From: Pristiophorus japonicus
Taxonomy: Eukaryota
Assembly (NCBI RefSeq): GCF_044704955.1
Contig: NC_091978.1
Coordinates: 273,172,001 to 273,236,000 of the forward strand
Length of the DNA stretch: 64,000 bases
Direction: 5' to 3'
Numbering within the stretch: position 1 is the first letter of the stretch; each line of letters starts with the position of its first letter. Shown here one piece after another: positions 35,672 through 48,699 of the stretch. The notes beneath the pieces are model-generated. The model searched no databases and had not been told where the DNA came from. It saw nothing but the letters and a program-made list of their open reading frames with translations. The position numbers and the translations under genes were made by a program.

Positions 35672-36308
35672 GGGGTTAGACTTTCCGCTTGGTGCGCAAT
35701 CAGCAACCTGGGTGCAAATTGTGCTAGTTTTCCAAACTGATTTCATGGTTCAAGTATCCGCTCAAACTCATTTGCATAATCACAAACCTAAAATCAGCCA
35801 CGAAATAGCGCAATCGGGCAGTGTTTTAGAGCAATTGTTTTATTTCCTTGCTATATTTAAGAGTGGTAACCTGGTAGAGTTGTATTAATACAGCTGAAAA
35901 TGGGTCTCACAAAAATTAAGCATTTTAATAACTCGATTTTAAATAACAAATTGACTTAAAAACTATATTGAACAATTTATTAGTTTCTTTGGTGTACAGT
36001 AGTCAGTTTCTTAGCAAAGTAAAACATTTAAAAAATATTTAACGGCTTTTAAAAGGTGCGAGTGTCCTTTCACCTAAAAATACCCAGCTTAATTATAAGA
36101 GCCTCCTCGAAAGCCTGAAATGGGTGCAATTAGTGCAAACTTGCCATGGTGATTAATTCGTTCTGGGGACGTAGCCAGTTTGGTGGGAGGGTTAGCTTCT
36201 ACGGCGATGTTTTTTTAAATCTTGAGTTTGAAATTCCACAATCTTTTGTGCTGATTTGGGGGAAATTCCGCTGGAAATACCAGTGCAACCGAGCGGAAAC
36301 TCTACCGC
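35672..36308. mobile_element. MITE-like non-autonomous DNA element with Harbinger-like TIRs
   Basis: GGGGTTAGACTTTCCGCT at left and AGCGGAAACTCTACCGC at right are imperfect inverted repeats resembling the TIRs at 1301/9177/20572; AT-rich non-coding interior. Confidence 0.6.
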
Positions 36309-36619
36309 TAGATAGGATTGCATCCAACAGGAAGAGAACCACGAGAGAAAATGGTATAAAGCGAGCAATGTCATGTTTTTACTTAGAATGAAGCCTCTTA
36401 CTACCTTAGAGACCAGATAGCGTACACAGGCTTGGAGAAGCCAACTTCACAGGTCCTCATTAAATCCACGCACACAAGGTTGAGACATGAGGCTAATGTG
36501 CATTACTCTGCACGGTTCGTTAGGGTGTTTAAGGTTAATGTTTTGTCAATAATACATGGTGAATTATCAAGCATATCATTCTCTAGCGTTATAAATCTGT
36601 TTAATGGATAAAGGAATTA

Positions 36620-36775
36620 ACCATTAATTTTCATATTGCTGTTTGTGGGACCTTGCAAATTGGCTGCAGCGTTTCCAGTGTTACAACAGTAACTACACTT
36701 CAAAGTATTTAAATGACGAAAGAGCTTTGGAATGCCTTGAAGTAGTGAAAGGTGCTATATAAATGCAAGTCTTCT
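36620..36775 (+). mobile_element. Deu-domain SINE 3' fragment
   Basis: Homologous to 52670-52810 (ATTGCTGTTTGTGGGA..ACTACACTTCA..GCTATATAAATGCAA). Confidence 0.7.
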
Positions 36776-37069
36776 AATTCGTGATGACGGTATCCCAGCC
36801 TGAACCCCCCCCCTCACACTATCCCCATGTAAATGGAGAGAGCAATGACAACAGATAGGGGGCTGCGTTTAGTAATGTCCACTGTGGGCATAGAGATGAA
36901 TTGTGGTTAGTGAAGGACAGAGAGTTTGTTGTGGAGCTTTTCAGGAGAATTTATAGGGCTAAGAAAACAGGGATCCGATGTCAGCTGGAATGTTTAGGCA
37001 GATGAACACAATGGTACAATGCTGCAGGCAGAATCAATGGCCTGTAAGATCAGACCTCAATTCCCCTCC

Positions 37070-37845
37070 ACATTATCCCAGCCTGAGCCCTCCCCTCAGT
37101 ATCCCAGCCTGAACCCCCCCCCTCACACTATCCCAGCCTGAGCCCCCCACTATCCCAGCCTGAGCCCCCCCCCCACGCTATCCCAGCCTGAGCACCCCCC
37201 ACACTATCCCAGCCTGAACCCCCTCCCACACTATCACAGCCTGAGACCCCCCCCCCACACTATCACAGCCTGAGACCCCCCACACTATCCCAGCCTGAGC
37301 CCCCCCCCACACTATCCCAGCCTGAGCCCCCCCCCACTATCCCAGCCTGAGCCCCCCCCCCCACTATCCCAGCCTGAACACCCCCCCCCCACACTATACC
37401 AGCCTGAGCCCCCCACTATCACAGCCTGAGTCCCCCCCCACGACCCCAGCCTGAGACCCCCCCACTATCCCTGCCTGAGCCCCTCCCCACCCCCCCCCCC
37501 ACCCCACTATTCCAGCCTGGACCCCCCTGACACTATCCCAGCCTGGACCCCCCCTGACACTATCCCAGCCTGAGCCCAGCCCCCCCCGACACTATCCCAG
37601 CCTGAGCCCCCCCCCTAATACTATCCCAGCCTCGGCCCCCCACACCCCACCCCACCCCCCCTCCCTAACACTATCCCAGCCTGAGCCCCCCCACCACACT
37701 ATCCCAGCCTGAACCAACCCCCCCCCCCCCCCCACACTATCCCAGCTTGGACTGCCCCCCCCCCACACTATCCCAGCTTGGACCGCCCCCGCCCCACACT
37801 ATCCCAGCCTGAGCTCCCCCCAACATTATTTCAGCCTGAGCCCTC
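37070..37845. repeat. C-rich minisatellite, unit ~CACTATCCCAGCCTGAGCCCCCC (one outlying unit at ~36791)
   Basis: More than 25 tandem units with variable poly-C linkers. Confidence 0.93.
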
Positions 37846-38239
37846 AACAACCCCGCATCCCTTACAACACTTTTGTTCCCTTTGCTGTGCTTTATTTGCA
37901 TGTCTGTTCTTTTTGGTAAATTACAAAGTTAGGAAAGGAAGTGCACAAGATGAATATAGACATAGTGGAATCATGCAGAAGTGAGAGGAGACGAATGGAA
38001 AGACAGACTTATAGAAAGAATGAGCGTCAGAGACTGTACAAAAATTAGAGTAAGTGTATGAGACAGAGAAATAATTAGCATGTGGTAGATGCAGATTGAG
38101 GAAGTGACAAACCATGAGAAATCAACTAGCACCATTTAATATTTCATAAATTTCAAGGAGGTTCATTTTAATTATCCTTTTTCTGGACTATAAAACTTGA
38201 GCTTCTCTATTTCCTCATAATTGATCTCTACATCTTGGA

Positions 38240-41200
38240 TCAGTCTTTTCTTTTATTTTTTATATCAGTAAGTGAACTTTAGCATTGTTATTACCAATTT
38301 AAGGGTATCTAAGGTTAAGACATGGCAGGAGAGCTCGGTCGCGTGATATGCTCCTCCTGTACCATGTGGGAACTCGGGGACACTTCCGGTGTCCCTGGGC
38401 GCTACGCGTGTGGGAAGTGTATCCGCCTCCAGCTCCTGACGGTCCGCATTGCGGAATTGGAGCTGAGGGTGGATTCACTCTGGAGCATCCACGATGCTGA
38501 GAATGACGTGAGTATCACGTGTAGTGAGTTGGTCTTACCGCAGGAGAAGGGTCCACAGCCAGATAGGGAATGGAAGACCAGCAGGAAGAGCAGTGCAAGA
38601 AAGATAGTGCAGGGGTCCCCTGTGGTCATCCCCCTGCAAAGCAGATACACTGCTTTGAGTACTGTTGGGGAGGATGACTCATCGGGGGAGGGCAGCAGCA
38701 GCCAAGTTCATGGCACCTTAGGTGGCTCTGCTGCAAAGGAGGGCAAGAAAAAGATTGGGAGCGTGATAGTGACAGGAGATTCGATGGCGAGGGGAATAGA
38801 TAGGCGTTTCTGCGGACGCAACCGAGACTCCAGGATGGTATGTTGCCTCCCTGGTGCAAGGGTCAAGGATGTCTCGGAGCGGGTGCAGGACATTCTGAAA
38901 TGGGAGGGAGAACAGCCAGTTGTCGTGGTGCACATTGGTACCAACGACATAGGTAAAAAAAGGGATGAGGTCCTAGAAAAGAATTTAAGGAGCTAGGAGC
39001 TAAATTAAAAAGTAGGACCTCAAAAGTAGTAATCTCGGGATTGCTACCAGTGCCACGTGCTAGTCAGAGTAGGAATCGCAGGATAGCGCAGATGAATACA
39101 TGGCTTGAGCAGTGGTGCAGCAGGGAGGGATTCAAATTCTTGGGGCATTGGAACTGGTTCTGGGGGAGGTGGGACCAGTACAAACCGGACGGTCTGCACC
39201 TGGGCAGGACCGGAACCAATGTCCTAAGGGGAGTGTTTGCTAGTGCTGTTGGGGAGGAGTTAAACTAATATTGCAGGGGGATGGGAACCTATGCAGGGAG
39301 ACAGAGGGAGACAAAAATGAGGCAAAAGCAAAAGACAGAAAGGAGATGAGGAAAAGTGGAGGGCAGAGAAACCCAAGGCAAAGAACAAAAAGGGCCACTG
39401 TACAGCAAAATTCTAAAAGGACAAAGGGTGTTAAAAAAGCAAGCCTGAAGGCTTTGTGTCTTAATGCAAGGAGTATCCGCAATAAGGTGGATGAATTAAC
39501 TGTGCAAATAGATGTTAACAAATATGATGTGATTGGGATTACGGAGATGTGGCTCCAGGATGATCAGGGCTGGGAACTCAACATCCAGGGGTATTTAACA
39601 TTCAGGAAGGATAGAATAAAAGGAAAAGGAGGTGGGGTAGCATTGCTGGTTAAAGAGGAGATTAATGCAATAGTTAGGAAAGACATTAGCTTGGATGATG
39701 TGGAATCTATATGGGTAGAGCTGCAGAACACTAAAGGGCAAAAATCGTTAGTGGGAGTTGTGTACAGACCTCCAAACAGTAGTAGTGATGTTGGGGAGGG
39801 CATCAAACAGGAAATTAGGAGTGCATGCAATAAAGGTGCAGCAGTTATAATGGGTGACTTTAATATGCACATAGATTGGGCTAGCCAAATTGGAAGCAAT
39901 ACGGTGGAGGAGGATTTCCTGGAGTGCATAAGGGATGGTTTCTAGACCAATATGTCGAGGAACCAACTAGGGGGGAGGCCATCTTAGACTGGGTGTTGTG
40001 TAATGAGAGAGGATTAATTAGCAATCTCATTGTGCGAGGCCCCTTGGGGAAGAGTGACCATAATATGGTGGAATTCTGCATTAGGATGGAGAATGAAACA
40101 GTTAATTCAGAGACCATGGTCCAGAACTTAAAGAAGGGTAACTTTGAAGGTATGAGGCATGAATTGGCTAAGATAGATTGGCTAATGATACTTAAGGGGT
40201 TGACTGTGGATGGGCAATGGCAGACATTTAGAGACCGCATGGATGAATTACAACAATTGTACATTCCTGTCTGGCGTAAAAATAAAAAAGGGAAGGTGGC
40301 TCAACCGTGGCTATCTAGGGAAATCAGGGATAGTATTAAAGCCAAGGAAATGGCATACAAATTGGCCAGAAATAGCAGCGAACCTGGGGACTGGGAGAAA
40401 TTTAGAACTCAGCAGAGGAGGACAAAGGGTTTGATTAGGGCAGGGAAAATGGAGTACGAGAAGAAGCTTGCAGGGAACATTAAGGCGGATTGCAAAAGTT
40501 TCTATAGGTATGTAAAGAGAAAAAGGTTAGTAAAGACAAACGTAGGTCCCCTGCAGTCAGAATCAGGGGAAGTCATAACGGGGAACAAAGAAATGGCAGA
40601 CCAATTGAACAAGTACTTTGGTTCGGTATTCACTAAGGAGGACACAAACAACCTTCCGGATATAAAAGGGGTCAGAGGGTCTTGTAAGGAGGAGGAACTG
40701 AGGGAAATCCTTATTAGTCGGGAAATTGTGTTGGGGAAATTGATGGGATTGAGGGCCTGATGGACTGCATCCCAGAGTACTTAAGGAGGTGGCCTTGGAA
40801 ATAGCGGATGCATTGACAGTCATTTTCCAACATTCCATTGACTCTGGATCAGTTCCTATCGAGTGGAGGGTAGCCAATGTAACCCCACTTTTTAAAAAAG
40901 GAGGGAGAGAGAAAGCAGGGAATTATAGACCGGTCAGCCTGACCTCAGTAGTGGGTAAAATGATGGAATCAATTATTAAGGATGTCATAGCAGCGCATTT
41001 GGAAAATGGTGACATGATAGGTCCAAGTCAGCATGGATTTGTGAAAGGGAGATCATGCTTGACAAATCTTCTGGAATTTTTTGAGGATGTTTCCAATAAA
41101 GTGGACAAAGGAGTACCAGTTGATGTGGTATATTTGGACTTTCAGAAGGCTTTCGACAAGGTCCCACACAGGAGATTAATGTGCAAAGTTAAAGCACATG

Positions 41201-42312
41201 GGATTGGGGGTAGTGTGCTGACGTGGATTGAGAACTGGTTGTCAGACAGGAAGCAAAGAGTAGGAGTAAATGGGTACTTTTCGGAATGGCAGGCAGTGAC
41301 TAGTGGGGTACCACAGGGTTCTGTGCTGGGGCCCCAGCTGTTTACATTGTACATTAATGATTTAGACGAGGGGATTAAATGTAGTATCTCCAAATTTGCG
41401 GATGACACTAAGCTGGGTGGCAGTGTGAGCTGCGAGGAGGATGCTATGAGGCTGCAGAGTGACTTGGATAGGTTAGGTGAGTGGGCAAATGCGTGGCAGA
41501 TGAAGTATAATGTGGATAAATGTGAGGTTATCCACTTTGGTGGTAAAAACAGAGAGACAGACTATTATCTGAATGGTGACAGATTAGGAAAAGGGAAGGT
41601 GCAACGAGACCTGGGTGTCATGGTACATCGGTCATTGAAGGTTGGCATGCAGGTACAGCAGGCGGTTAAGAAAGCAAATGGCATGTTGGCCTTCATAGCG
41701 AGGGGATTTGAGTACAGGGGCAGGGAGGTGTTGCTACAGTTGTACAGGGCCTTGGTGAGGCCACACCTGGAGTATTGTGTACAGTTTTGGTCTCCTAACT
41801 TGAGGAAGGACATTCTTGCTATTGAGGGAGTGCAGCGAAGATTCACCAGACTGATTCCCGGGATGGTGGGACTGACCTATCAAGAAAGACTGGATCAACT
41901 GGGCTTGTATTCACTGGAGTTCAGAAGAGTGAGAGGGGACCTCATAGAAACGTTTAAAATTCTGACGGGTTTGGACAGGTTGGATGCAGGAAGAATGTCC
42001 AGAACCAGGGGTCACAGTCTAAGGATAAGGGGTATGCCATTTAGGACCGAGATAAGGAGAAACTTCTTCACCCAGAGAGTGGTGAACCTGTGGAATTCTC
42101 TACCACAGAAAGTAGTTGAGGCCAATTCACTAAATATATTCAAAAGGGAGTTAGATGAAGTCCTTACTACTCGGGGGATCAAGGGGTATGGCGTGAAAGC
42201 AGGAAGGGGGTACTGAAGTTTCATGTTCAGCCATGAACTCATTGAATGGCGGTGCAGACTAGAAGGGCTGAATGGCCTGTTCCTGCACCTATTTTCTATG
42301 TTTCTATGTTTC
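38240..42312 (+). mobile_element. Near full-length, relatively young CR1 LINE
   Basis: ORF1 38322-39268; ORF2 in three long segments (39271-39945, 39924-40760, 40789-42216, the last a 475-aa RT with FADD); TTTCTATG tail. Confidence 0.96.
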
Positions 42313-43003
42313 TTTTTTGCAATTTTTACAATGGAAGTCAATCTTTTTTGTGCTATGGTAGCCAAAACGTAATAGTTTTCCAAGGGTGGTCGAAAAATAG
42401 TCAGCATAATTTCTGTAGAATTATATTCTAATGTTCTAACTATAGATTCTAAACCATATAGAGGCATACAAGAAGTGTTTAAGGTATTCATCCTTCTTAT
42501 TCAGCCTTATCTGGTGAGTTTTTTTCTTCAGATAGCATCAACTATTTGCAGCTGATTTAGGACGCTACGTTTGGAACTTGCTGCCCACAAACAAATATAG
42601 CAGGTCTAAAGTTGGACACATCATCTTTTTCCTGTGTGCACAAATTCATGTACATGCATCTGCAATTGGAAAAAGATTTATACACTGTGTATTGCTGAAA
42701 AGCAAATAATTGCATAACACCAACAAAATAGCTCTTAAAATTCTTTACAAATACTTTAACTTAAAGGAGCAGTTTTTGTGCAATATTTACTTTACCAGCT
42801 GATCCCAATGGCAAGTGACAGAGACTCGAAGCAAGCTGGTGTTATTGATAAACTGTAGTAAGGAAAAACTACCTGGTGAAATATTTTTTGAAAGTGTTCA
42901 GAATTTCAGACTTTTCCAGCTGCATAGCTTACCTCACTCGTGGTTTTCAGATTGTAAGGAATCGAAGAATCAAGCAGGGTTAGAGAGGAAGTGTTTGGTA
43001 AAA

Positions 43004-43718
43004 GGCCTAGAAATTGGCCTCGTTAGCACCGCTCATTTATCGCCTCCAGGGGGCGATAACGGGGCGCTAACCAGGTGCGGCGATAACCTCAACTTTTATG
43101 GCGGTGTTATGGCTTTGTGCTCCGATCTCCTTCGCCCAGAGACCATGACGTAATCACCATGCGCATTGACCCGGTAGCGCTCCGGACCGAACTTGTGTTC
43201 CGCCCCCTGCAGCATCGCCAGCGAAACCACTGGCAGCTGCAGGAAACATCCATCGGGAGACCGGGCGCTTCAAGGACAGTGCTTAAAGGCGAGGTGGCCG
43301 AGGTAAGTAAAAAAATATATATTTACCTTGTCGCTTGCAGGTTTTTTCGTGGGTTCCTGCCTGCAATCGATCAGCCCAGCACACTGCTCAAGTGCCGGGC
43401 TAATCGGGCTGGATCGTGGCTGCCATCGTGGAGAAGGTACTTTTTTGTTTCTTTGCAGAGCCTGCAGCGATGGCCATTCCCTTTAAGGGAGGGAAGGAAC
43501 ATCTGAACGTGACCAGTGTGCAGCACTGCTCCACTCACCGCCCTGCATGCTGCCGATTACGCTCCAGTAAGGATGTGGAGCGCCTGATCTAGGGCTCCAC
43601 TTCCTTCCTGGAGTGCAACCGCCAAATTTTTTAAACAATTTGAAAACATTAGCGCTTGCCGCTAATTTTTCAAATTTTTTAAAAGTTAACACCCCAAACA
43701 CTCCCATATTACTCCCCC
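43004..43718. mobile_element. MITE-like non-autonomous DNA element (same family as 59807-60527)
   Basis: Ends GGCCTAGAAATTGG / CCCATATTACTCCCCC flanked by AAA on both sides; collinear similarity to 59807-60527. Confidence 0.7.
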
Positions 43719-43876
43719 AAAGTCTATTAAGTCTTTGCAATGAACTTCTTACATTGGAACAAAAATGCTGAGGCACTTGGGTTCTAAGACAAAGTAATTT
43801 TTGTTTATAAAAAATATGTACCACCACATATTGCATGGTCCCACTGATCAGATGATGTTAAATATCTAAGATCGCA

Positions 43877-43882
43877 TTTATT
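43877..43882 (-). promoter_or_regulatory. Candidate polyadenylation signal of ZBTB49
   Basis: AATAAA on the minus strand ~125 nt after the stop codon. Confidence 0.45.
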
Positions 43883-44004
43883 AAAACTTACAAAAATACA
43901 TTTCCCAAGACTTTTCTCCCCCTTGAGTCAGCAATTACACCAAAAATAAAATCCAAGTGCATTCTAATTGTTACTTATATTAGTTGAACCAAAATAATAG
44001 ATGG

Positions 44005-44696
44005 TCATTGATCTAACTCATTATCATTTTGTAAAGTTTTCATAGCTAGACCCCACAGCGTCAGGCTAGAGAGGAATGGTCCTTCATTTGTTCTATATGA
44101 AACACTAGGTGTGTGATTTCCAAAGGGCACATTAATGTGAATGTCCAGACTAGTCACTGATGATCGCACAGTTGAGGGATTTTGGGATGGCACGGACTCT
44201 TCAGGCCTTGGATTGCTGTCAACAGTGTGAGTGTGGGGCTGATGCGAAGCTTGAGGCTTCTGGGTTTTGGCAGAACTCAAAACCATCTTGTTTTGATGAT
44301 CATCCATTTGTTGTTGGACCAAAGAATTGTATTCAGAATGAGAATTTTCATGCATATTTGCTGACGTCTCAGTCACCCCAACAGAAGACTGTTCTGGGTC
44401 ACCACGAAGCTTGTCTAATGGAGATGCAGGCAATAGTGCAACTTGCATAACCTGGCTGAGCGGCTCAGGCTCAGGTGAATTTTGCTCAACAGATTGTCCA
44501 TAATTTTCCTCAGAGCTATCAATTTCCTCATTTCTTACTTCGTGATCTCCGTTGTACCTGCAATGCATTCGTTTGTGTCTGTGCAGGACAGCAGAACGTG
44601 TGAAGCACTTGCCACATGTCTCACAGTTATATGGCCTTTCACCAGTGTGTGTTCGAACATGGCGACGTAAGTCACCAGAACCCGCAAACCGTTTTC
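44005..44696 (-). CDS. ZBTB49: ZBTB49 last coding exon (C2H2 fingers + C-terminal tail)
   Basis: After acceptor TTGCAG: (G)[45 protein letters not shown]...[21 protein letters not shown]; phase matches the upstream exon. Confidence 0.92.
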
Positions 44697-44759
44697 CTGC
44701 AAGTTAAAATAAGAAAGGTCATGTATATATTATTCTTGTAATGCAGCACCAAGGAAAAC

Positions 44760-47700
44760 TGTTTCAACACCATGGATGAATAAAGATGTAAGGGAAAAAT
44801 TGAGGGTAAGGAAAGGGGCATACACTAAGTACATGGACAGCAGGGGAGAGCATGACAAGAGAGAATACGAAGAGATTAGGAGAGAAGTAAAAAAAAATTG
44901 GAAAGGCAAAAAGGAACTATGAAACTAAATTATCAAGGAGCATAACACAAAATAGTAAAATATTTTACATGGTAAATAAATTTTAAAAAGGAAAGTCAGG
45001 ATGAGAATAGAGCAACTAAGGGATGGACAGAATATCACAGGCAGCGAGAGAGATGGCAGAAATATTACTTTGTTTCAGTATTATCGAGACAGAACAGGTG
45101 GACATGACATCGGATGATGAGATTAGAAATGAGATAATTGTATTTAAAATAAGAGGTGAAATATTACATAAATTAATCAAACTCAAAGAGGATAAAACCC
45201 CTGGTCTGGACAGATTATATCCATGCATTTTAAAAGAATCAAGGGACGAGATAGTAGAGGCATTACTACACATATTTAATAATTTGTTAGAACAAGGTGT
45301 AGTGCCAGAGGACTGATGGATCACTAACATAATATCAATATTTACGAGGGGAGATAGAACTTAAGAAATAGAAGCAGGAGTAGGCCATACGGCCCCTCGA
45401 GCCTGCTCCACCATTTAATACGATCTTGGCTGACCCAATCATGGACTCAGGTCCAGTTCCCTGCCCGCTCCCCATAATCCCTTATTCCCTTATCGTTAAA
45501 GAAACTGTCTATCTCTGTCTTAAATTTATTCAATGTCCCAGCTTCCACAGCTCTCTGAGGCAGCGAATTCCACAGATTTATAACACTCAGAGAAAATAAA
45601 TTTCTCCTCATCTCAGTTTTAAATGGGCGGCCCCTTATTCTAAGATTATGCCTCCTAGTTCTAGTCTCCCCCATCAATGGAAACATTCTCTCTGCATCCA
45701 CCTTGTCAAGTCCCCTCATAATCTTAGACGTTTCGATAAGATCATCTCTAAATCTTCTGAATTCCACTGACTAGAGGCCCAACCTACTCAACCTTTCCTC
45801 ATAGGTCAACCCCCTCATCTCCGGAATCAACCTAGTGAACCTTCTCTGAACTGCCTGCAAAGCAAGTATATCCTATCGTAAATATGGAAACCAAAACTGC
45901 ACGCAGTATTCCAGATGTGGCCTCACCAATACCCTGTTTAACTGTAGCAAGACTTACCTAATTTTATACTCCATCCCCTTTGCAATAAAGGCCAAGATTC
46001 CATTGGCCTTCCTGATCACTTGCTGTACCTGCATACTAACCTTTTGTGTTTCTTGCACAAGTACCCCCAGGTCCCGCTGTACTGCAGCTCTTTGCAATCT
46101 TTCTCCATTTAAATAACAACTTGCTCTTTGATTTTTTTTTCTGCCAAAGTGCGTGACCTCACACTTTCCAACATTATACTCCATCTGCCAAATTTTTGCC
46201 CACTCACTTAGCCTGTCTGTATCTTTTGCAGATTTTGTGTGCCCTCCTCACACATTGTTTTTCCTCCCATCTTTGTATTGTCAGCAAACCTGGTTACGTT
46301 ACACTTGGTCCCTTCTTCCAAGTCGTTAATATAGATTGTAAATAGTTGGGGTCCCAGCACTGATCCCTGCGGCACCCCATTAGTTACTGATTGCCAACCC
46401 GAGAATGAATCATTTATCCCGACTCTCTGTTTTCTGTTCGTTAGCTAATCTTCTATCCATGCTAGTATATTACCCCCAACCCCGTGAACTTTTATCTTGT
46501 GCAGTAACCTTTTATGTGGCACCTTGTCAAATGCCTTCTGGAAGTCCAAATACACCACATCCACTGGTTCCCCTTTATCCACCCTGTTTGTTACATCTTC
46601 AAAGAATTCTAGCAAATTTGTCAAACGTGACTTTCCCTTCATAAATCCATGCTGACTCTGCCTGACCGAATTATGCTTTTCCAAATGTCCTGCTACTACT
46701 TCTTTAATAATGGACTCCAACATTTTCCCAACCACAGATGTTAGGTTAACTGGTCCAGGGAACTACAGGCCGGTCAGCTTAACATCGGTGGCAAGAAAAA
46801 TAATGGAATCCCTACTAAAGGAGGAAATAGAAGAACATCTAGAAACCAAAAATATCATAATGAATAGTCAGCATGGATTTCAATGGGGAAAGTCTTGTTT
46901 GAGCAACCTCATTTAATTTTATGAAGAGGTAACAGAAAGTGTAGACAAGGGTAATGCAGTAGATGTAATTTAGCTAAATTTTCAAAAGACCTTCGATAAG
47001 GTACTACATAATAGACTAATGAATAAGGTCAGAGCATACTGAGTTAGGGGACAAGTAGCAGAATGGATAACTAGCTGGCTTCAAGACAGAAAGCAGAGAG
47101 TAGGGGTAAATGGTAGTTATTCAGAGTGGCAGAAGGTAGGAAGTGGTATTCCACAAAGATCAGTGCTAGGACCACTGTTGTTCATGATTTATATTAACGA
47201 ATTAGACTTTGAAATCAAAAACACGATTTCTAAATTTGTAGATGATACGAAATTGGGGGTGGGGAGTTGCTGGAATAGTCAATTCTGAGGAGGACGGCAA
47301 CAAATTACAAGACATTAATAAACTTGAAGAGTGGGCATATAATTGGCAAATAAATTTCAACATAGATAAATGTGAGGTATTGCATTTTGATAAGAAAAAT
47401 AGGGAGGTCACATACTACTTGGAAATTACAAATCTAAGTGTGGTAGAAGAGCAAAGGGATCTCGGAGTGCAAATACACAAAGCACTGAAAGTAGCAACAC
47501 AGGTTAACAAGGCCATAAAAAAAGCAAACCAAGCACGAGAGTTTATTTCTAGAGGGATTGAATTGAAAAGTAGAAAAGTTATGCTAAACTTGTATCGAAG
47601 CTTGGTTAGACCACACTTGGAGTACAGTGTACAATTCCGGTCGCCATATTATGAAAAGGATATAGAGGCATTGGAGAGGGTGCAGAGAAGATTTACAAGG

Positions 47701-48135
47701 ATGATAGCAGAATTGTAATGGTATACCCATCAGGATCTCTTTTCTCTTGAAAAGAGAAGGCTGAGGGTGATCTAATAGGGGTCATTAAAATTATGAAAGA
47801 TTTTGATACAGTAGATAGAGAGAGTGTGATTCCACTTGTGGGGAAGAACAAAACTAGAGGCCATCAATATAAGATAGTCACCAAGATATCAAATAGAGAA
47901 TTCAGAAGGAACTTCTTTACCCAGAGTGGTGAGAATGTGGAACTCGCTACCACAGGGAGCGGTTGAAGCGAACAGATGCATTTAAGGGGAGGCTAGATAA
48001 ACATACGAGGGAGAAGGGAATAGAGGGTTATGCTAAAAGAGTTAGATGAGGAAAGACGGGAGGAGGCTCAAGTGGAGCATGGACTGGTTGGGCCGAATGG
48101 CCTGTTTCTGTGCTGGATAGCGTATGTAATCCTAT
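44760..48135 (+). mobile_element. Older CR1 LINE (44760-45360 + 46750-48135) split by a younger CR1
   Basis: KTPGLDRLYP...GDR | PGNYRPVSLTS continues across the insertion; RT motifs continue to the ATGTAATCCTATGT tail. Confidence 0.85.
45361..46753 (-). mobile_element. 5'-truncated CR1 nested within another CR1
   Basis: RT C-terminal ORFs 45447-46735; same subfamily as 30490-32347. Confidence 0.9.
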
Positions 48136-48699
48136 GTAAAAATTGGCAGCAGTTACTCTGGTGTTCAATGAAGGTAGGATAATGTCAAATTAACATGATA
48201 TAAATGTAATCCCCGTCATCTCTACCTCTAAAATGTTTTAAATCAAGAAAATTACACAAGAAGAATCTTTTGTTAGCTATTTAACTGAAATATCCATCTC
48301 TACAAAGATAATATGCCTTTGAAATTCGTTTTTTTCCACATTTCATTTGTACTATTAAGTGCTTTGAGCATTTCTATGCTTGATTTAAGTACACCAATGC
48401 TAGTACACTATGTAACTGTTAGTGACATCTATTTATTAAGGGCCTGCTATAAATTAGTCATTTTTATGCTGTTGACTTGTTCTAGTCAGTTAGCAGCAAG
48501 TGAGACTGTAGCGGTCATTAATGTTGCATATTTTTTTCCTTATTGTCACAGAGCTTTCGTGTGATAGAAATTGGGATTTTGCTGGTGAAAAATCTATGAT
48601 CCTATTTGACAAGAAGGGACAGTACACTGTTTTAACAAGGTCACCATTTATACTTTTATAATATGTGATTGGTCAAATATTAGAGATACACTGCTCACA

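Noticed and set aside
36400-36520. Possible coding exon joined to the 35410-35521 island
   Set aside because: The splice combinations I tried on both strands ran into stops or gave no recognisable protein.
37070-37845. CRISPR-like repeat/spacer pattern
   Set aside because: The 'spacers' are only variable poly-C runs; it is a minisatellite.
40789-42216. Bacterial-type RT system (retron/DGR) or an active LINE
   Set aside because: Motifs and tail are those of CR1, and ORF2 is broken by frameshifts and small deletions.
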